Source: a virus
Taxonomy: Duplodnaviria > Caudoviricetes
Length of the DNA: 63,937 bases
IMG/VR virus record: IMGVR_UViG_3300037483_000247
Span: 1 to 63,937 of that record
Reading direction: 5' to 3' (one strand)
This document shows, in pieces, positions 26,329-36,197 of the stretch. The notes below the pieces were generated by a model, which ran no database searches, was not told the DNA's origin, and saw only the letters and a program-made list of their open reading frames with translations. Made by a program: the position numbers and the translations under genes. The stretch's first letter is position 1; each line of letters opens with the position of its first letter.

Positions 26329-28067
26329 AACTCGTCAGCCGCATCCGTCGCGCCGTAGTCCGATTCGTCGCGAAGCAGTTGACGCTATCCGGTGTTGGTG
26401 ACAATCGCGGCTGGATCACGTTGCTTCGCAGTGGTTCAGATACCACGACCGGAAGCTGGCAGCAGGATAGCGGACTAACGCAGGAGGCGATTCTCGGATT
26501 CGCGCCGGTCTATGCCTGCACGACACTGATTGCGAGCGATATCGGAAAAATATGTCTCAGATTGATGACGCTCACGAAAGAGGTGTGGATCGAGACGGAA
26601 AGCCCGGCATTCTCTCCGGTGTTGAGAAAGCCGAATCATTTTCAGACTCGTCAACAATTCATCGAGTGCTGGATACTCTCGAAGCTGCGGCGTGGTAATA
26701 CGTATGTTCTCAAGATGCGCGACAATCGCAAGGTCATCAACGCGCTTTACGTGCTGGACCCGGACCGCGTAACTCCTCTGGTCGCACCGGATGGATCGGT
26801 ATTCTACGAGCTTCAGCGCGACGACCTTTCCAAGTTGCCGCAGAATCATTACCCGGCAATTCCTGCGAGCGAGATCATTCACGACCGCATGGAGTGTTTG
26901 TTCCATCCGCTGGTCGGGATACCGCCGCTATTCGCTGCGGCGCTTGCGTCATCGCAGGGATTGCGCATTCAGAAAAACTCGGAAGTCTTTTTCAAGAACA
27001 TGTCACGCCCGGGTGGGATGCTCACGGCGCCCGGGAACCTTGACGACGAGACAGTGGCTCGCCTGAAAACGGAATTCGAGGCGAACTTTTCAAACGAGAA
27101 GATCGGCCGTCTTTTCGTCGGCGGCGATGGATTGAAATACGATCCGATGGCGCATACGGCTGATGAGTCGCAACTTGTCGATCAGTTGAATCTATCGGCG
27201 TTGCAGGTATGCTCCGCGTTTCACGTGCCGGCCTACATGATCGGAGCTGGCCCGGTGCCATCGTATACCAACGTCGAAGCATTGAATCAGCAGTATTATA
27301 CCCAGTGTTTACAAAAGTTTTTCAACGCCATTGAGGATTTGTGGGACGACGGATTCGCGATGCGCCCGCTAGGCTACCGCACAGAATTCGATCTTGACGA
27401 TCTGCTCCGCATGGACACGGCGACGCGGGTCAAATCAACGAATGAAGCGATTACTGGCGGATGGCTGGCGCCAAATGAAGGACGTGGGAAGTTCGGATAT
27501 TTGCCAGTCAAGGGTGGCGAATCACCAATGATGCAGCAGCAGAACTGGAACTTGGAACAACTTGCCGAGCGCGAGGCGCCGAAGGATTCCGGAACTACCG
27601 CTGCACCGCCAGCCACACCGCCAAACGCTGCCAACGATACGCAGGCTGCTCAAGAGCAAGCGGCGGCAATGGCGGGGGCTTTCATCAAGGGGCTCAACGA
27701 TTTTGGCGAGACAATGCGCGCGCTCGTGAAGCCGCAACCGCCAGAATCCAACGATGATGATGCCGATGAAGCTGCCGAAATGGCCAGAGCGTTCATCGCC
27801 GGATTGACGGAAAGTGAAAGCGTTGATAACCCGGTTCACGCGAGCCTCGCTTTACAGGCCGCAGCGCAGATTCAGCAAGAAGCCGAAAATCTTGCAACTG
27901 CCGAAAGTATCCGGCTTGATAGAATCGAGCAGACGCAGGAGTCAATGGCCGGGCTGCTTCATGAAGTCGTCAAGGGACAAAGCAGCGTCATTGAAGCCTT
28001 GAACACGCCGGTGGTCCCGGAGTATGACGGCAAAGGGAAACTGATTTCTGCACGTAGGAAAAAATGA
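26325..28067 (+). CDS. HK97-family portal protein with a ~140-aa C-terminal extension
   Basis: VYAC...IA.DI, KPN.FQT, GN.Y, G.PP, F.N...PGG, NE.R. Confidence 0.92.
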   Translation: MKLVSRIRRAVVRFVAKQLTLSGVGDNRGWITLLRSGSDTTTGSWQQDSGLTQEAILGFAPVYACTTLIASDIGKICLRLMTLTKEVWIETESPAFSPVLRKPNHFQTRQQFIECWILSKLRRGNTYVLKMRDNRKVINALYVLDPDRVTPLVAPDGSVFYELQRDDLSKLPQNHYPAIPASEIIHDRMECLFHPLVGIPPLFAAALASSQGLRIQKNSEVFFKNMSRPGGMLTAPGNLDDETVARLKTEFEANFSNEKIGRLFVGGDGLKYDPMAHTADESQLVDQLNLSALQVCSAFHVPAYMIGAGPVPSYTNVEALNQQYYTQCLQKFFNAIEDLWDDGFAMRPLGYRTEFDLDDLLRMDTATRVKSTNEAITGGWLAPNEGRGKFGYLPVKGGESPMMQQQNWNLEQLAEREAPKDSGTTAAPPATPPNAANDTQAAQEQAAAMAGAFIKGLNDFGETMRALVKPQPPESNDDDADEAAEMARAFIAGLTESESVDNPVHASLALQAAAQIQQEAENLATAESIRLDRIEQTQESMAGLLHEVVKGQSSVIEALNTPVVPEYDGKGKLISARRKK

Positions 28068-28500
28068 GCGTCATTCACGCGCAGTCGCTGCGAACGACGC
28101 GAGCGATACCGCTTCGCTGCTGACTACAGTTACGACAGGATCGGTAATCGCGACAAGCGACACGAGCGACGTCGCCGCAATTACCGGCGACGTTAGCGTT
28201 GGCGCAACCGAGACAAGCATCGCCGCGACGGAATCGAGCGATGTAACCTCAATTACGACCAGCGTTACGACAAGCGCGGCGGTATCTGCGGCTGAATCGA
28301 GCGACGTAGCATCGTTGTCTGCAACAGTTGGCGCCGTTGTTCCCGCGCTGGATATATTCGTTGATCGTATCGAATCGCCGGATGAACTTGAAATAGTAGG
28401 CGAGGGCCGTTTGCGCATCGGTCGCGCAAAGATTCGCGGTGTCGGCGAGGTAAGTTGGGAAGATCGAAACGAAGAGACGCTTTTGCTGCTGGCCGCTTAA
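28064..28500 (+). CDS. Ser/Thr/Ala-rich repeat protein, frameshifted about 6 codons after the ATG
   Basis: The ATG 28064 frame stops early; the adjacent frame is open 28045-28500 with four A.(D/E).SD.A repeats. Confidence 0.6.
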
Positions 28501-28512
28501 AGGACTTTCGGA

Positions 28513-30066
28513 ATGGCAAAATTTGACGGACAGATGATTGCGCAGCAAATGCTTGATGCTGTGAGAACGTATGTCGCGCGGTCAATCTCCGGCCTACTGC
28601 CACGGATTTACGCGCTTGAGAACGCTGTTAAAACGGTCCCCACGAAAGGCGAACAAGGACCGCCCGGGGAGTCGATCAAGGGCGAACCTGGGGTTGCTGG
28701 TGCGCCGGGTAGGGATGCCGAGCCGGTAAACATCGGAGAGATCGTGGCCAAAGTGGTGGCTGCACTGCCTGAGCCGGTCGCTGGCAAGGATGCTCATATC
28801 GTTGATGTGGCAGCTATAGTTGCGGAAGTAACCGCGAAGATTCCGACCCCGGTGCCTGGGAAGGACGGCGCCAGCATTGATCCGGTTATGGTGCGCGCAA
28901 TGGTCGGCGAGGAAGTCGTGCGCGCGGTTGCCGCGATTCCAGCAGCAAAGCCGGGCCGCGACGGCAGGGACGTAGACCCTGCGCTGCTTAACGACGCCAT
29001 CGACCGGAAAGTAGCGGATGCCGTCTCGAAGCTGCCGATGCCGAAGGATGGGGCGCCGGGCGAGGCAGGGATTGCTGGCAAAGATGCCGATCCTGCTTTG
29101 ATTGCGACAATGATCGCAGAGGGGGTCGCCAAAGCACTTCCGGGGGCCGCACAGCGTGCCGTTGAGGCGTTGATGCCGGATATCATCGCCAAGGCTGCTG
29201 AAGCTGTACCGCGCCCGCTGGACGGCAAGGACGCGCCTGCCGTGGACACTGCTGCAATCGTTCGTGAGGTACTCGCCATGATTCCGGTCCCGCGCGACGG
29301 GACCAATGGGCGGGATGGCCGGGATGCTGCTGGCGTGCTGGACATTGATGCGGCTGTAGCCCGTGCCGTGGCGTTGCTTCCGGCACCGAAGGACGGGCGC
29401 GATGCTGATCCGGTTGATATGGGCGCAATCGTGATGAAGGCTGTCGCGCTTATTCCCGTGCCGCGTGATGGCGTTAACGGAAATGATGCGCCTGTTGTTG
29501 ACGAGAGCGCTTTAGCCGAGCGCGTGCGCTCAATGATCCCGATACCACGCGACGGAAAAGATGCGCCAGCCGTGGACGTTGATGCCATTGTCGAGACTGT
29601 CACCAAGCGCCTGCCGGTGGTCAAGGATGGGGCAGACGGTCACAGCGTAACGCTCGACGATGTGCGGCCAATCTTGGAAGCCGAGACTGCTCGCTGGCAA
29701 TTGGAATTTGAGCGGCGGGCAACGGATGTCATGCACGCTGCAATCGAAAAGGTAATCGAAAAGATACCTGTTCCGCAGAATGGTGTTGACGGGAAAGACG
29801 CTGCGCAGTTGGATACATTCGATGCTTCGCTTGATGGTAGGATTCTGAAATTATCGCTTGCTGCCGGAGATCGAGTAATTAGCAAGGATATCCGGTTGCC
29901 GATACCTTTTGACAAGGGCGTATTTCGGTCTGGCGAAAAGTATGAGCAGTCAGACGTTGTGACATTTGGCGGCTCGCAGTGGATTGCTTTGTGTGACACT
30001 GTAACAAAGCCTCCATCGAATGACTGGCGTCTGTGCGTGAAAAAAGGCGCGGACGGTAAATCATGA
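28513..30066 (+). CDS. Head-associated fibre-like protein with about 11 P.P.DG.D(A/G) repeats and a C-terminal CBM5/12-like domain
   Basis: Repeats visible; KGVF..G..Y...DVVT.GGS.W.A. Confidence 0.75.
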   Translation: MAKFDGQMIAQQMLDAVRTYVARSISGLLPRIYALENAVKTVPTKGEQGPPGESIKGEPGVAGAPGRDAEPVNIGEIVAKVVAALPEPVAGKDAHIVDVAAIVAEVTAKIPTPVPGKDGASIDPVMVRAMVGEEVVRAVAAIPAAKPGRDGRDVDPALLNDAIDRKVADAVSKLPMPKDGAPGEAGIAGKDADPALIATMIAEGVAKALPGAAQRAVEALMPDIIAKAAEAVPRPLDGKDAPAVDTAAIVREVLAMIPVPRDGTNGRDGRDAAGVLDIDAAVARAVALLPAPKDGRDADPVDMGAIVMKAVALIPVPRDGVNGNDAPVVDESALAERVRSMIPIPRDGKDAPAVDVDAIVETVTKRLPVVKDGADGHSVTLDDVRPILEAETARWQLEFERRATDVMHAAIEKVIEKIPVPQNGVDGKDAAQLDTFDASLDGRILKLSLAAGDRVISKDIRLPIPFDKGVFRSGEKYEQSDVVTFGGSQWIALCDTVTKPPSNDWRLCVKKGADGKS

Positions 30067-30695
30067 GATGGATTCTTGAACTTGTGAGCGAGCCTGAAAT
30101 TGAGGCGCTAGAGCTTGCGCAAATGAAACGCGAACTGAGGGAGTTTGATAGCGTTACCTCGCGCGACGACGATATCACGGCGAAGATCAAATCCGCGCGG
30201 GAGTGGGTAGAGGATTTCACCGGCAGAGTTTTGGTTGATGAGACATGGCGGCTGTCGATTGAGCGCACCGGCTCATTGTTCACGACTGATCCGGATGTCG
30301 GCAGGGTATTCTCGGGTGCGGTCGGGCCGACACGAGATATTTACCTGCGGCGTTCTCCGATCTTGGCCATAACGTCGGTCGTAACAGTGGACGCAGAGGG
30401 TGTCGAGACGACGGTTGATGCTGCCGATTACCAACTACGAGATGCGGACTCGAGGTGGCCGATGCTGGTGCCGATCAACAGTTCGACGTGGGGCTCGGCA
30501 AATATTCGTATTACGTTCCGGGCTGGGTTTGCCGACATGACCGGCAGTCCGCAGGATGATGCATCCGTTGTCCCTGAGCGGTTCAAACAGGCGATGATTC
30601 TGTGGGTCAAGTCAAACTACGATGACGATCCGGCATCGTTTGAGGCGGCGAAGAACCTCGCCATGCCGCTGCGAGCGCATGTCGGGTTTGCGTGA
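30063..30695 (+). CDS. Head-tail connector (gp6/phiE125 gp8-like)
   Basis: AREWVE.FTGR.L, I.F.AGF, VP...KQA. Confidence 0.85.
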   Translation: MRWILELVSEPEIEALELAQMKRELREFDSVTSRDDDITAKIKSAREWVEDFTGRVLVDETWRLSIERTGSLFTTDPDVGRVFSGAVGPTRDIYLRRSPILAITSVVTVDAEGVETTVDAADYQLRDADSRWPMLVPINSSTWGSANIRITFRAGFADMTGSPQDDASVVPERFKQAMILWVKSNYDDDPASFEAAKNLAMPLRAHVGFA

Positions 30696-30698
30696 GAA

Positions 30699-30823
30699 TG
30701 GAGATACGGCAGGATTCTAACCGTGCATTACGCCGGTCCTCCGCTAGCACCATCGCGTCCGGCTTTGCCCTTTCGGACTTTCAGCGTCTTACTGGTGGGT
30801 GCATTTTCCGCCACGCATCTCCA
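30699..30823 (-). ncRNA. tRNA-like ncRNA, antisense to the late operon
   Basis: Terminal stem UGGAGAUGCG/CGUAUCUCCA, D-arm-like UGGCGGAA...GUAAGACGC, T-arm-like GCA(C)GG-UUAGAAU-CCUGC. Confidence 0.6.
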
Positions 30824-30830
30824 AGCACAA

Positions 30831-30839
30831 ATTATAGCA
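30831..30839 (-). promoter_or_regulatory. Extended -10 promoter TGCTATAAT
   Basis: Perfect TGnTATAAT 7 nt upstream of the tRNA-like element. Confidence 0.65.
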
Positions 30840-30843
30840 CGAC

Positions 30844-31557
30844 GTGATTCTACGGAGGATTGAAGGCTCGCGTTTCAGCGAGATTTTGCCGGGATGGACG
30901 GGTGAGACGGTCATAATCATCGGTGGTGGTCCGAGCCTGACCGAGGAACAGGTCGAAATAGCCCGCCAGGCAAGCGTAGAAGGCCGCTGTAAGGCCGTGG
31001 CGGTGAATGACAGCTACCTATGGGCCACTTGGGCTGCGTTGCTGTACGCCGCAGATAGCCACTATTGGCGAGATCATTCGGCAGGGGTGGCAAAGCCGGC
31101 AATCGGCCTGACCGCGGAACAGGTCCGGGAACGGTTTCACGCCTTTGCCGGCGAACGGTGCTCGATCCAGAATTCCGGGGCGAATATCACGGATGAACGG
31201 GTGCATATCGTGCAGAATCTGACGCACCCGAAACACGGCAATCTGCTGTCCGACAACCCGCGCTTTCTGGCGACGGGTAGGAATTCGGCGTATCAGGTGA
31301 CCAATCTGGTGATTCTGGCCGGCGCGAAACGGATAGTCTTGCTGGGGATTGACGGCAGGCCGGCAGCAGATGGCCGAACGCATTGGAGCGGCGGTCACCG
31401 GAGGCCGACCCCGGAATTGGCATACCCGGAATACGTAAAGGCGTTTGCTGAGGGAGCAGCGGCGGTAAAGAATGCGGGCGTGGCGATAATTAATGCCAGT
31501 CCAGGTTCGGCAATCGATTCTTTCCCGATGATGGCAATCGAGGATGCGTTGCGATGA
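30844..31557 (+). CDS. Maf/DUF115 (MptE-like) Rossmann protein, putative glycosyltransferase
   Basis: IIGGGPSL, AVN, NS.Y, GAKRIVLLGID, INAS..S. Confidence 0.7.
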   Translation: MILRRIEGSRFSEILPGWTGETVIIIGGGPSLTEEQVEIARQASVEGRCKAVAVNDSYLWATWAALLYAADSHYWRDHSAGVAKPAIGLTAEQVRERFHAFAGERCSIQNSGANITDERVHIVQNLTHPKHGNLLSDNPRFLATGRNSAYQVTNLVILAGAKRIVLLGIDGRPAADGRTHWSGGHRRPTPELAYPEYVKAFAEGAAAVKNAGVAIINASPGSAIDSFPMMAIEDALR

Positions 31558-32132
31558 CTGGTCCGCCGAATTGGGCCGGCAGGACTGTTGTTGCAATCGC
31601 CAGCGGACCGAGCCTGCTTGTCGAGGACTGCGAACTGGTGAGGGCATCCGGGCATCCGGTGATTGTGACGAACACGACATTTCGGCGTTGTCCTTGGGCG
31701 GACGTGCTGTTCGGATTCGATAACAGATGGTGGAAGATTTACGAACACGAGGTTGCGGAAACTTTCAAGGGCCGCAAGATTTGCGCGGCTCCGAAAGCGA
31801 AGTATGGCGCAGAGAGCGCTTACGTGAACGGGCTTCCGTGGTTTGGCATTTATCGAAACTCGGGAGCTTGTGCGGTGTCGATTGCAATGGCGAGCGGAGC
31901 CGCAAAGATCGTGCTGCTTGGATTTGACTGCAAATGGTCTCGCAAGGGGCGCCGACACTGGCACGCCGATCATCCGCGGCAACTGGAAAACGCTGACAGC
32001 ATTGTGCTGTGGGAGCGGCTGTTTGCGATCCTCGCGAAGAGGGCGCGGCGCAAGGGCGTGATCGTTTTGAATGCAAGCCGTGAGACTGCGTTGACCTGTT
32101 TTCCTCGGATCGAATTGGAGTCGGCACTTTGA
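31554..32132 (+). CDS. Second Maf/DUF115-like putative glycosyltransferase (paralog)
   Basis: IASGPSL, NSG, GA.KIVLLGFD, HWH.DH, NASR.TAL.CF. Confidence 0.7.
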   Translation: MTGPPNWAGRTVVAIASGPSLLVEDCELVRASGHPVIVTNTTFRRCPWADVLFGFDNRWWKIYEHEVAETFKGRKICAAPKAKYGAESAYVNGLPWFGIYRNSGACAVSIAMASGAAKIVLLGFDCKWSRKGRRHWHADHPRQLENADSIVLWERLFAILAKRARRKGVIVLNASRETALTCFPRIELESAL

Positions 32133-32932
32133 AAATGCGTGGCGGGAGTGGGTTGGGGGATTCGGTTTACCTTCGAGTCGTCGCAGAGCATTTCGTGCGC
32201 TCCGGCGAAAGCGTCACGGTGCGCTCGAATTACCCGGAGGTGTTCATAGATTCCGGGGCGACGGTCGAACCGTTTTGCAAATTTCCGGCGGTTGATGTCA
32301 TCGCTCATTATCACGGGGGCAGGCGCAATCAGAAGTCAACGCAATATGCCGACATGCTGAAATGCGCTGGCATCACAGAAGAGGTGCCGCTACGTTTCAC
32401 GTGGAACGCGCGCAATCGTGCGCTGGTAGACGACCTGATGAGCAGGGCAGCAGGCAAGCCGCTTGTGATCGTTCACGGCGGGCGCGCACCGTTCGGGCGC
32501 GTCGATGGAGTCGGCGCCGAGTTGCTGCCGAAGCGGGAAAGTTTCGAAGCCGTGCTCGCAATGTTTGCCGATTGCTTCACGGTGCGCGTCGGGAAGGGCA
32601 AGCAGATATACGCGCTGCCGGCCGATTACGACTTGAGCGACCAGACATCGGTATCCGATCTGCTGGACACCGTTTCGACGTGCGATGCCGTGGTGACGAT
32701 GTGCGGGTATCCGGTGCCAATGGCTGAGTGCTTCGGGAAGCCGGTGCTGGCGGTGTGGGCTGCGCGTGGACTGCGTTCGGTGCGGCCGATCATTCCGAGC
32801 ATCACGCCAGCAAAAATCTTGAGTGCGCCGACATCGCATTACGTGGTTGACGATTGGGACGCGCCGAGGATGACGAATGCGGTGCGCGCGTTTCGGCGCG
32901 AGACGATGGAAGCGGAGGCAGTGGCTGCATGA
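32129..32932 (+). CDS. GT9 (heptosyltransferase)-like glycosyltransferase
   Basis: GLGD, VIVH.G, DLS.QTS..DL, AE.FGKP. Confidence 0.65.
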   Translation: MKMRGGSGLGDSVYLRVVAEHFVRSGESVTVRSNYPEVFIDSGATVEPFCKFPAVDVIAHYHGGRRNQKSTQYADMLKCAGITEEVPLRFTWNARNRALVDDLMSRAAGKPLVIVHGGRAPFGRVDGVGAELLPKRESFEAVLAMFADCFTVRVGKGKQIYALPADYDLSDQTSVSDLLDTVSTCDAVVTMCGYPVPMAECFGKPVLAVWAARGLRSVRPIIPSITPAKILSAPTSHYVVDDWDAPRMTNAVRAFRRETMEAEAVAA

Positions 32933-33609
32933 AGTTTGTTACGTTCGATGAAGTCGCGTCGCGCATTCGCGGCAAGACCGTTGCCGTTGTCGGTTCCGCT
33001 CCAAGCGTGCTGAATAACGCGCCCGGCTTTGTCGATGACCATGACTTGGTAATTCGCATCAACAATTTTAAGACCGGCGAACGACAAGGCTTTCGCTGTG
33101 ACTTGTTCTATAGTTTTTTCGGCACGTCGATAAAAAAGACGCGGAAAGAATTGGAACGCGCTGGCGTTTCAATGATGATGTGCAAGCTGCCGAATTCAAA
33201 GCCGATTGAAAGCGCCTGGCACGGCAAGAGCAACAAACCGCACGGGATTGATTACCGATATATCTACATCATGCGCGCGGCCTGGTGGTGGTGCGACACG
33301 TTCATCCCGGACGATGCGCGCTTTCTGCGCAAGTTCGAACTTCTGGAAAAGCATCAACCGACGACGGGATTCGCGGCGATCCTGGACGTGTTGGATTGCA
33401 AGCCGAAGAGCGTTTATCTGACCGGCTTCGATGGCTTTTCGAGCGGTATGCACAACGTTGACGAGCCGTGGCGCGAAAAGAACATGGACGATCCGATCAG
33501 GCATCGCTCGGACTTGGAAATGAAATGGCTCAAGGACAATGCGGGCAGGTATCCGATGGAGTTCGACGCGAAGCTGACGGCGATGCTCGAAAAGCGGATG
33601 GCCGCCTGA
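32929..33609 (+). CDS. GT29 sialyltransferase-like protein
   Basis: Sialylmotif-L-like VAVVGS.......VD.HD.V.RIN; S-motif-like PTTG...V.L.GFD; VS-like H....E. Confidence 0.75.
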   Translation: MKFVTFDEVASRIRGKTVAVVGSAPSVLNNAPGFVDDHDLVIRINNFKTGERQGFRCDLFYSFFGTSIKKTRKELERAGVSMMMCKLPNSKPIESAWHGKSNKPHGIDYRYIYIMRAAWWWCDTFIPDDARFLRKFELLEKHQPTTGFAAILDVLDCKPKSVYLTGFDGFSSGMHNVDEPWREKNMDDPIRHRSDLEMKWLKDNAGRYPMEFDAKLTAMLEKRMAA

Positions 33610-34805
33610 TGGACCGCTGCGTGAAGCGCTGGGAGGCGGAAAAGGACGGCGACCTGATGATTTGCGAGCCGCATGGGTGCGCCTACCAGCGCGACATGTC
33701 GAAAGGCCGGATCGCCTACGACGCCAAGTATCTGGCGAATTACGACGCTTACGCGGTCGGGCCGATTGCAGAAGCGCTCAACACAGGCCGCTGCGCGATG
33801 CTGGCGCGGCACGCTGGAGCCGGCGCGGCGGTCCTGGACGTAGGGGCAGCTTCGGGCCTGTTCGTGCGCTGCGCGCGCTCCCAGGGCTTCGCGGCGGCGG
33901 GTTTCGACGTGATCCCGGAAGCGGTCGCAAGGCTGCGCGAGGCCGGGCTGTATGGCGACGACCCGGAAAAATTCGACGTGCTGACCATGTGGGACAGCAT
34001 CGAGCACATGGACGAGCCGGAATTGTGGCTGCGTAACGTGCACAAGGGCGCGCTCCTGCTGGCTGCGATCCCGGTATTCGAGGATCTGCGGCGCGTGCGC
34101 GAGAGCCGCCATTTTAAGCCGGGGGAGCACTATTATTATTTCACGCCGCAAGGCTTCATTGATTGGATGGCGCTCTACGGCTACCGGCTGCTGGAACAGA
34201 GCACGCACGAGGTTGACGCCGGTCGCGACAGCATCGGCGCATTCGCCTTTTGCCGCGACCTTCCCGACTACCGCGACCATATCGAGGCGTATGCGCAATT
34301 GCACGAGATGCGGCATTACGGAGACTCGGCAACTGAGCTGCACCTCGAGACGGTGCGGAAGATTGTAAGCGCGCGCAACCCGCGCTCGATTCTGGATTAT
34401 GGTTGCGGGCGCAGCGATCTTGCCGTCCACTTCTGGCGCGATGGATATCGCAGGATTTCGCGCTACGACCCGGCGCTGCGGAAGTTTCGCGAGATGCCGG
34501 AAGGGCAATTTGATCTCGTGCTGTGCATGGACGTGCTCGAACATATCCCGATGGCGTCCGTGGACAAGGTGCTGACCGAAGTGCGCGAGAAGAGCGCGGC
34601 GGCGGTATTCACGATCTCTACCAAGCTCGCGCGCGCCAAGCTGCCCGATGGCCGGAACGCGCACTGCACCTTGCTGACGCGCCCGGAATGGACGCGCTGG
34701 GTTGCCGAATATTTCGGGCAGGTTGTAGAGCTGCCGTCGCACTCGGATCAGGAACTGGTGCTGATGGCGGGTTCGGCACGCAAAGGGTTGCGGCAGGCCG
34801 CATGA
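33609..34805 (+). CDS. Tandem double class I SAM methyltransferase
   Basis: VLDVGAASG..WDSIEH and ILDYGCG..DVLEH. Confidence 0.85.
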   Translation: MDRCVKRWEAEKDGDLMICEPHGCAYQRDMSKGRIAYDAKYLANYDAYAVGPIAEALNTGRCAMLARHAGAGAAVLDVGAASGLFVRCARSQGFAAAGFDVIPEAVARLREAGLYGDDPEKFDVLTMWDSIEHMDEPELWLRNVHKGALLLAAIPVFEDLRRVRESRHFKPGEHYYYFTPQGFIDWMALYGYRLLEQSTHEVDAGRDSIGAFAFCRDLPDYRDHIEAYAQLHEMRHYGDSATELHLETVRKIVSARNPRSILDYGCGRSDLAVHFWRDGYRRISRYDPALRKFREMPEGQFDLVLCMDVLEHIPMASVDKVLTEVREKSAAAVFTISTKLARAKLPDGRNAHCTLLTRPEWTRWVAEYFGQVVELPSHSDQELVLMAGSARKGLRQAA

Positions 34806-34806
34806 A

Positions 34807-35601
34807 ATGTCGAAGCGCAGGGCGATAAACAAGCTGCGTGGCGCACCGCACTATCAGCGCGAGGCGTTCAACGCCGGCCTGATTGCTGCCGGCTATCAGA
34901 TCATGAGTAGTGTCGATAATGTTGGGCCGGGCGATGCGCTTTTGCTGTGGAACCGGAAGCCGATATGGGGCGAGCTTGCGGACGAGTTCGATGCGCGCGG
35001 CGGCATTGTGTTCGTTGCCGAGAGTGCTTACCTGCCGGCGAGCATGATCGGTAGTGGCTGGTTTGCGCTTGCCGAAGGCTGGCATTGCGGACTCGGACGA
35101 TGGCCGAAGGGATCGAATGAGCGATGGGACGCGCTAGGCGTAGAACTCAAGCCGTGGCGCACCGGAGGAACCGAGACGCTGATACTCGATCAGAACGCGG
35201 GCGGGCTTCCTGGTGTTGCCTCTCCAAAACATTGGGCGGAAACGATACAGGCGCAGATCGGCGGGCGCATCCGGTGGCATCCGTGGAAAGTCTCGGTAGG
35301 CAGGGCGGTCGCGGATCAGCCGGCGCTGATAGAGGATGACCTGCAAAACGTCGCGCAGGTCGTGACGTGGAGCAGTTCCGCGGCGCTGATGGCCCTGGTG
35401 ATGGGTATCCCGGTGTTCTATGCGCTGAAGCACTGGATCGGCGCGCAGGCGGCGCGTCCCATCGCCGAGTTCGGGCAGGAACCGAAACGGGATGACGAAG
35501 CGAGGCTTGCCATGTTTCGCAGACTCGCTTACGCCATGTGGCGCGTTCAGGAAATTCGGAACGGGACGGCTTTCAAGGCGCTTATGGGAATGAAAAAATG
35601 A
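34807..35601 (+). CDS. KpsS/KpsC-like (capsule-synthesis GT-B) protein
   Basis: R.HP, VVT.SS.AA..AL..GIPVF, LAY..W...EI..G. Confidence 0.6.
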   Translation: MSKRRAINKLRGAPHYQREAFNAGLIAAGYQIMSSVDNVGPGDALLLWNRKPIWGELADEFDARGGIVFVAESAYLPASMIGSGWFALAEGWHCGLGRWPKGSNERWDALGVELKPWRTGGTETLILDQNAGGLPGVASPKHWAETIQAQIGGRIRWHPWKVSVGRAVADQPALIEDDLQNVAQVVTWSSSAALMALVMGIPVFYALKHWIGAQAARPIAEFGQEPKRDDEARLAMFRRLAYAMWRVQEIRNGTAFKALMGMKK

Positions 35602-36197
35602 GCAACGCCTTTGCGATAGTCGAAGCATTCGAAACGGCGCTCGCTGAATTCTCGGGCGCTCGTTATGCAGTCGCCGTCAACACCGGGACTAGTGCAATCT
35701 TTTTGAGCCTCGCCTACGAATACCAGCGGGCCGGTGCGCTTGAGATTATATGTCCTGCTCATACGTTCGTTTCCGTGCCGATGGCTGTCAAGCATGCAGG
35801 CCATAAACTCGTGCTGCATGACATTGCGTGGAACGGAGCCTACAGGCTAGAGCCGTCATCCGTGATAGACGGTGCATTACGGTTCAAACGAGGCATGTAT
35901 CAACGCGGGCTGCATTGCCTGTCGTTCCATGCGCGCAAGCTGCTCAACATCGGTGAAGGTGGAGCCGTCTTGACCGATGATGCTGAGGCCGCTGCATGGC
36001 TACGCCGTGCTCGTTACAGCGGGAGGGACGCGGCGAATGGCTACAAAATTGAGAATGTCAACATGTTGGGCTGGCAACTTTATATGGTTCCGGAAAAGGC
36101 TGCTCGCGGTTTGCACTTGATGGAATACATCGCCGACGATTTGCCGGATCAGGTCATCGCGTATAACGATTTGCGCGAGTGCCCGGTATTCCAATGA
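35598..36197 (+). CDS. Compact DegT/DnrJ/EryC1/StrS sugar aminotransferase-like protein
   Basis: FE..LA...GA.YAVAVN.GT.A, SFH..K....GEGG.VLT. Confidence 0.85.
   Translation: MSNAFAIVEAFETALAEFSGARYAVAVNTGTSAIFLSLAYEYQRAGALEIICPAHTFVSVPMAVKHAGHKLVLHDIAWNGAYRLEPSSVIDGALRFKRGMYQRGLHCLSFHARKLLNIGEGGAVLTDDAEAAAWLRRARYSGRDAANGYKIENVNMLGWQLYMVPEKAARGLHLMEYIADDLPDQVIAYNDLRECPVFQ

Noticed and set aside
28794-29624. 276-aa minus-strand Ser/Thr/Ala ORF
   Set aside because: Shadow of the repeat-containing head protein
30699-30823. Functional canonical tRNA-Leu
   Set aside because: No 7-nt anticodon loop on a 5-bp stem, over-long acceptor stem, and T loop UUAGAAU with a bulged stem
33414-34832. 472-aa minus-strand ORF
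   Set aside because: Antisense shadow of the GC-rich double methyltransferase; no motifs
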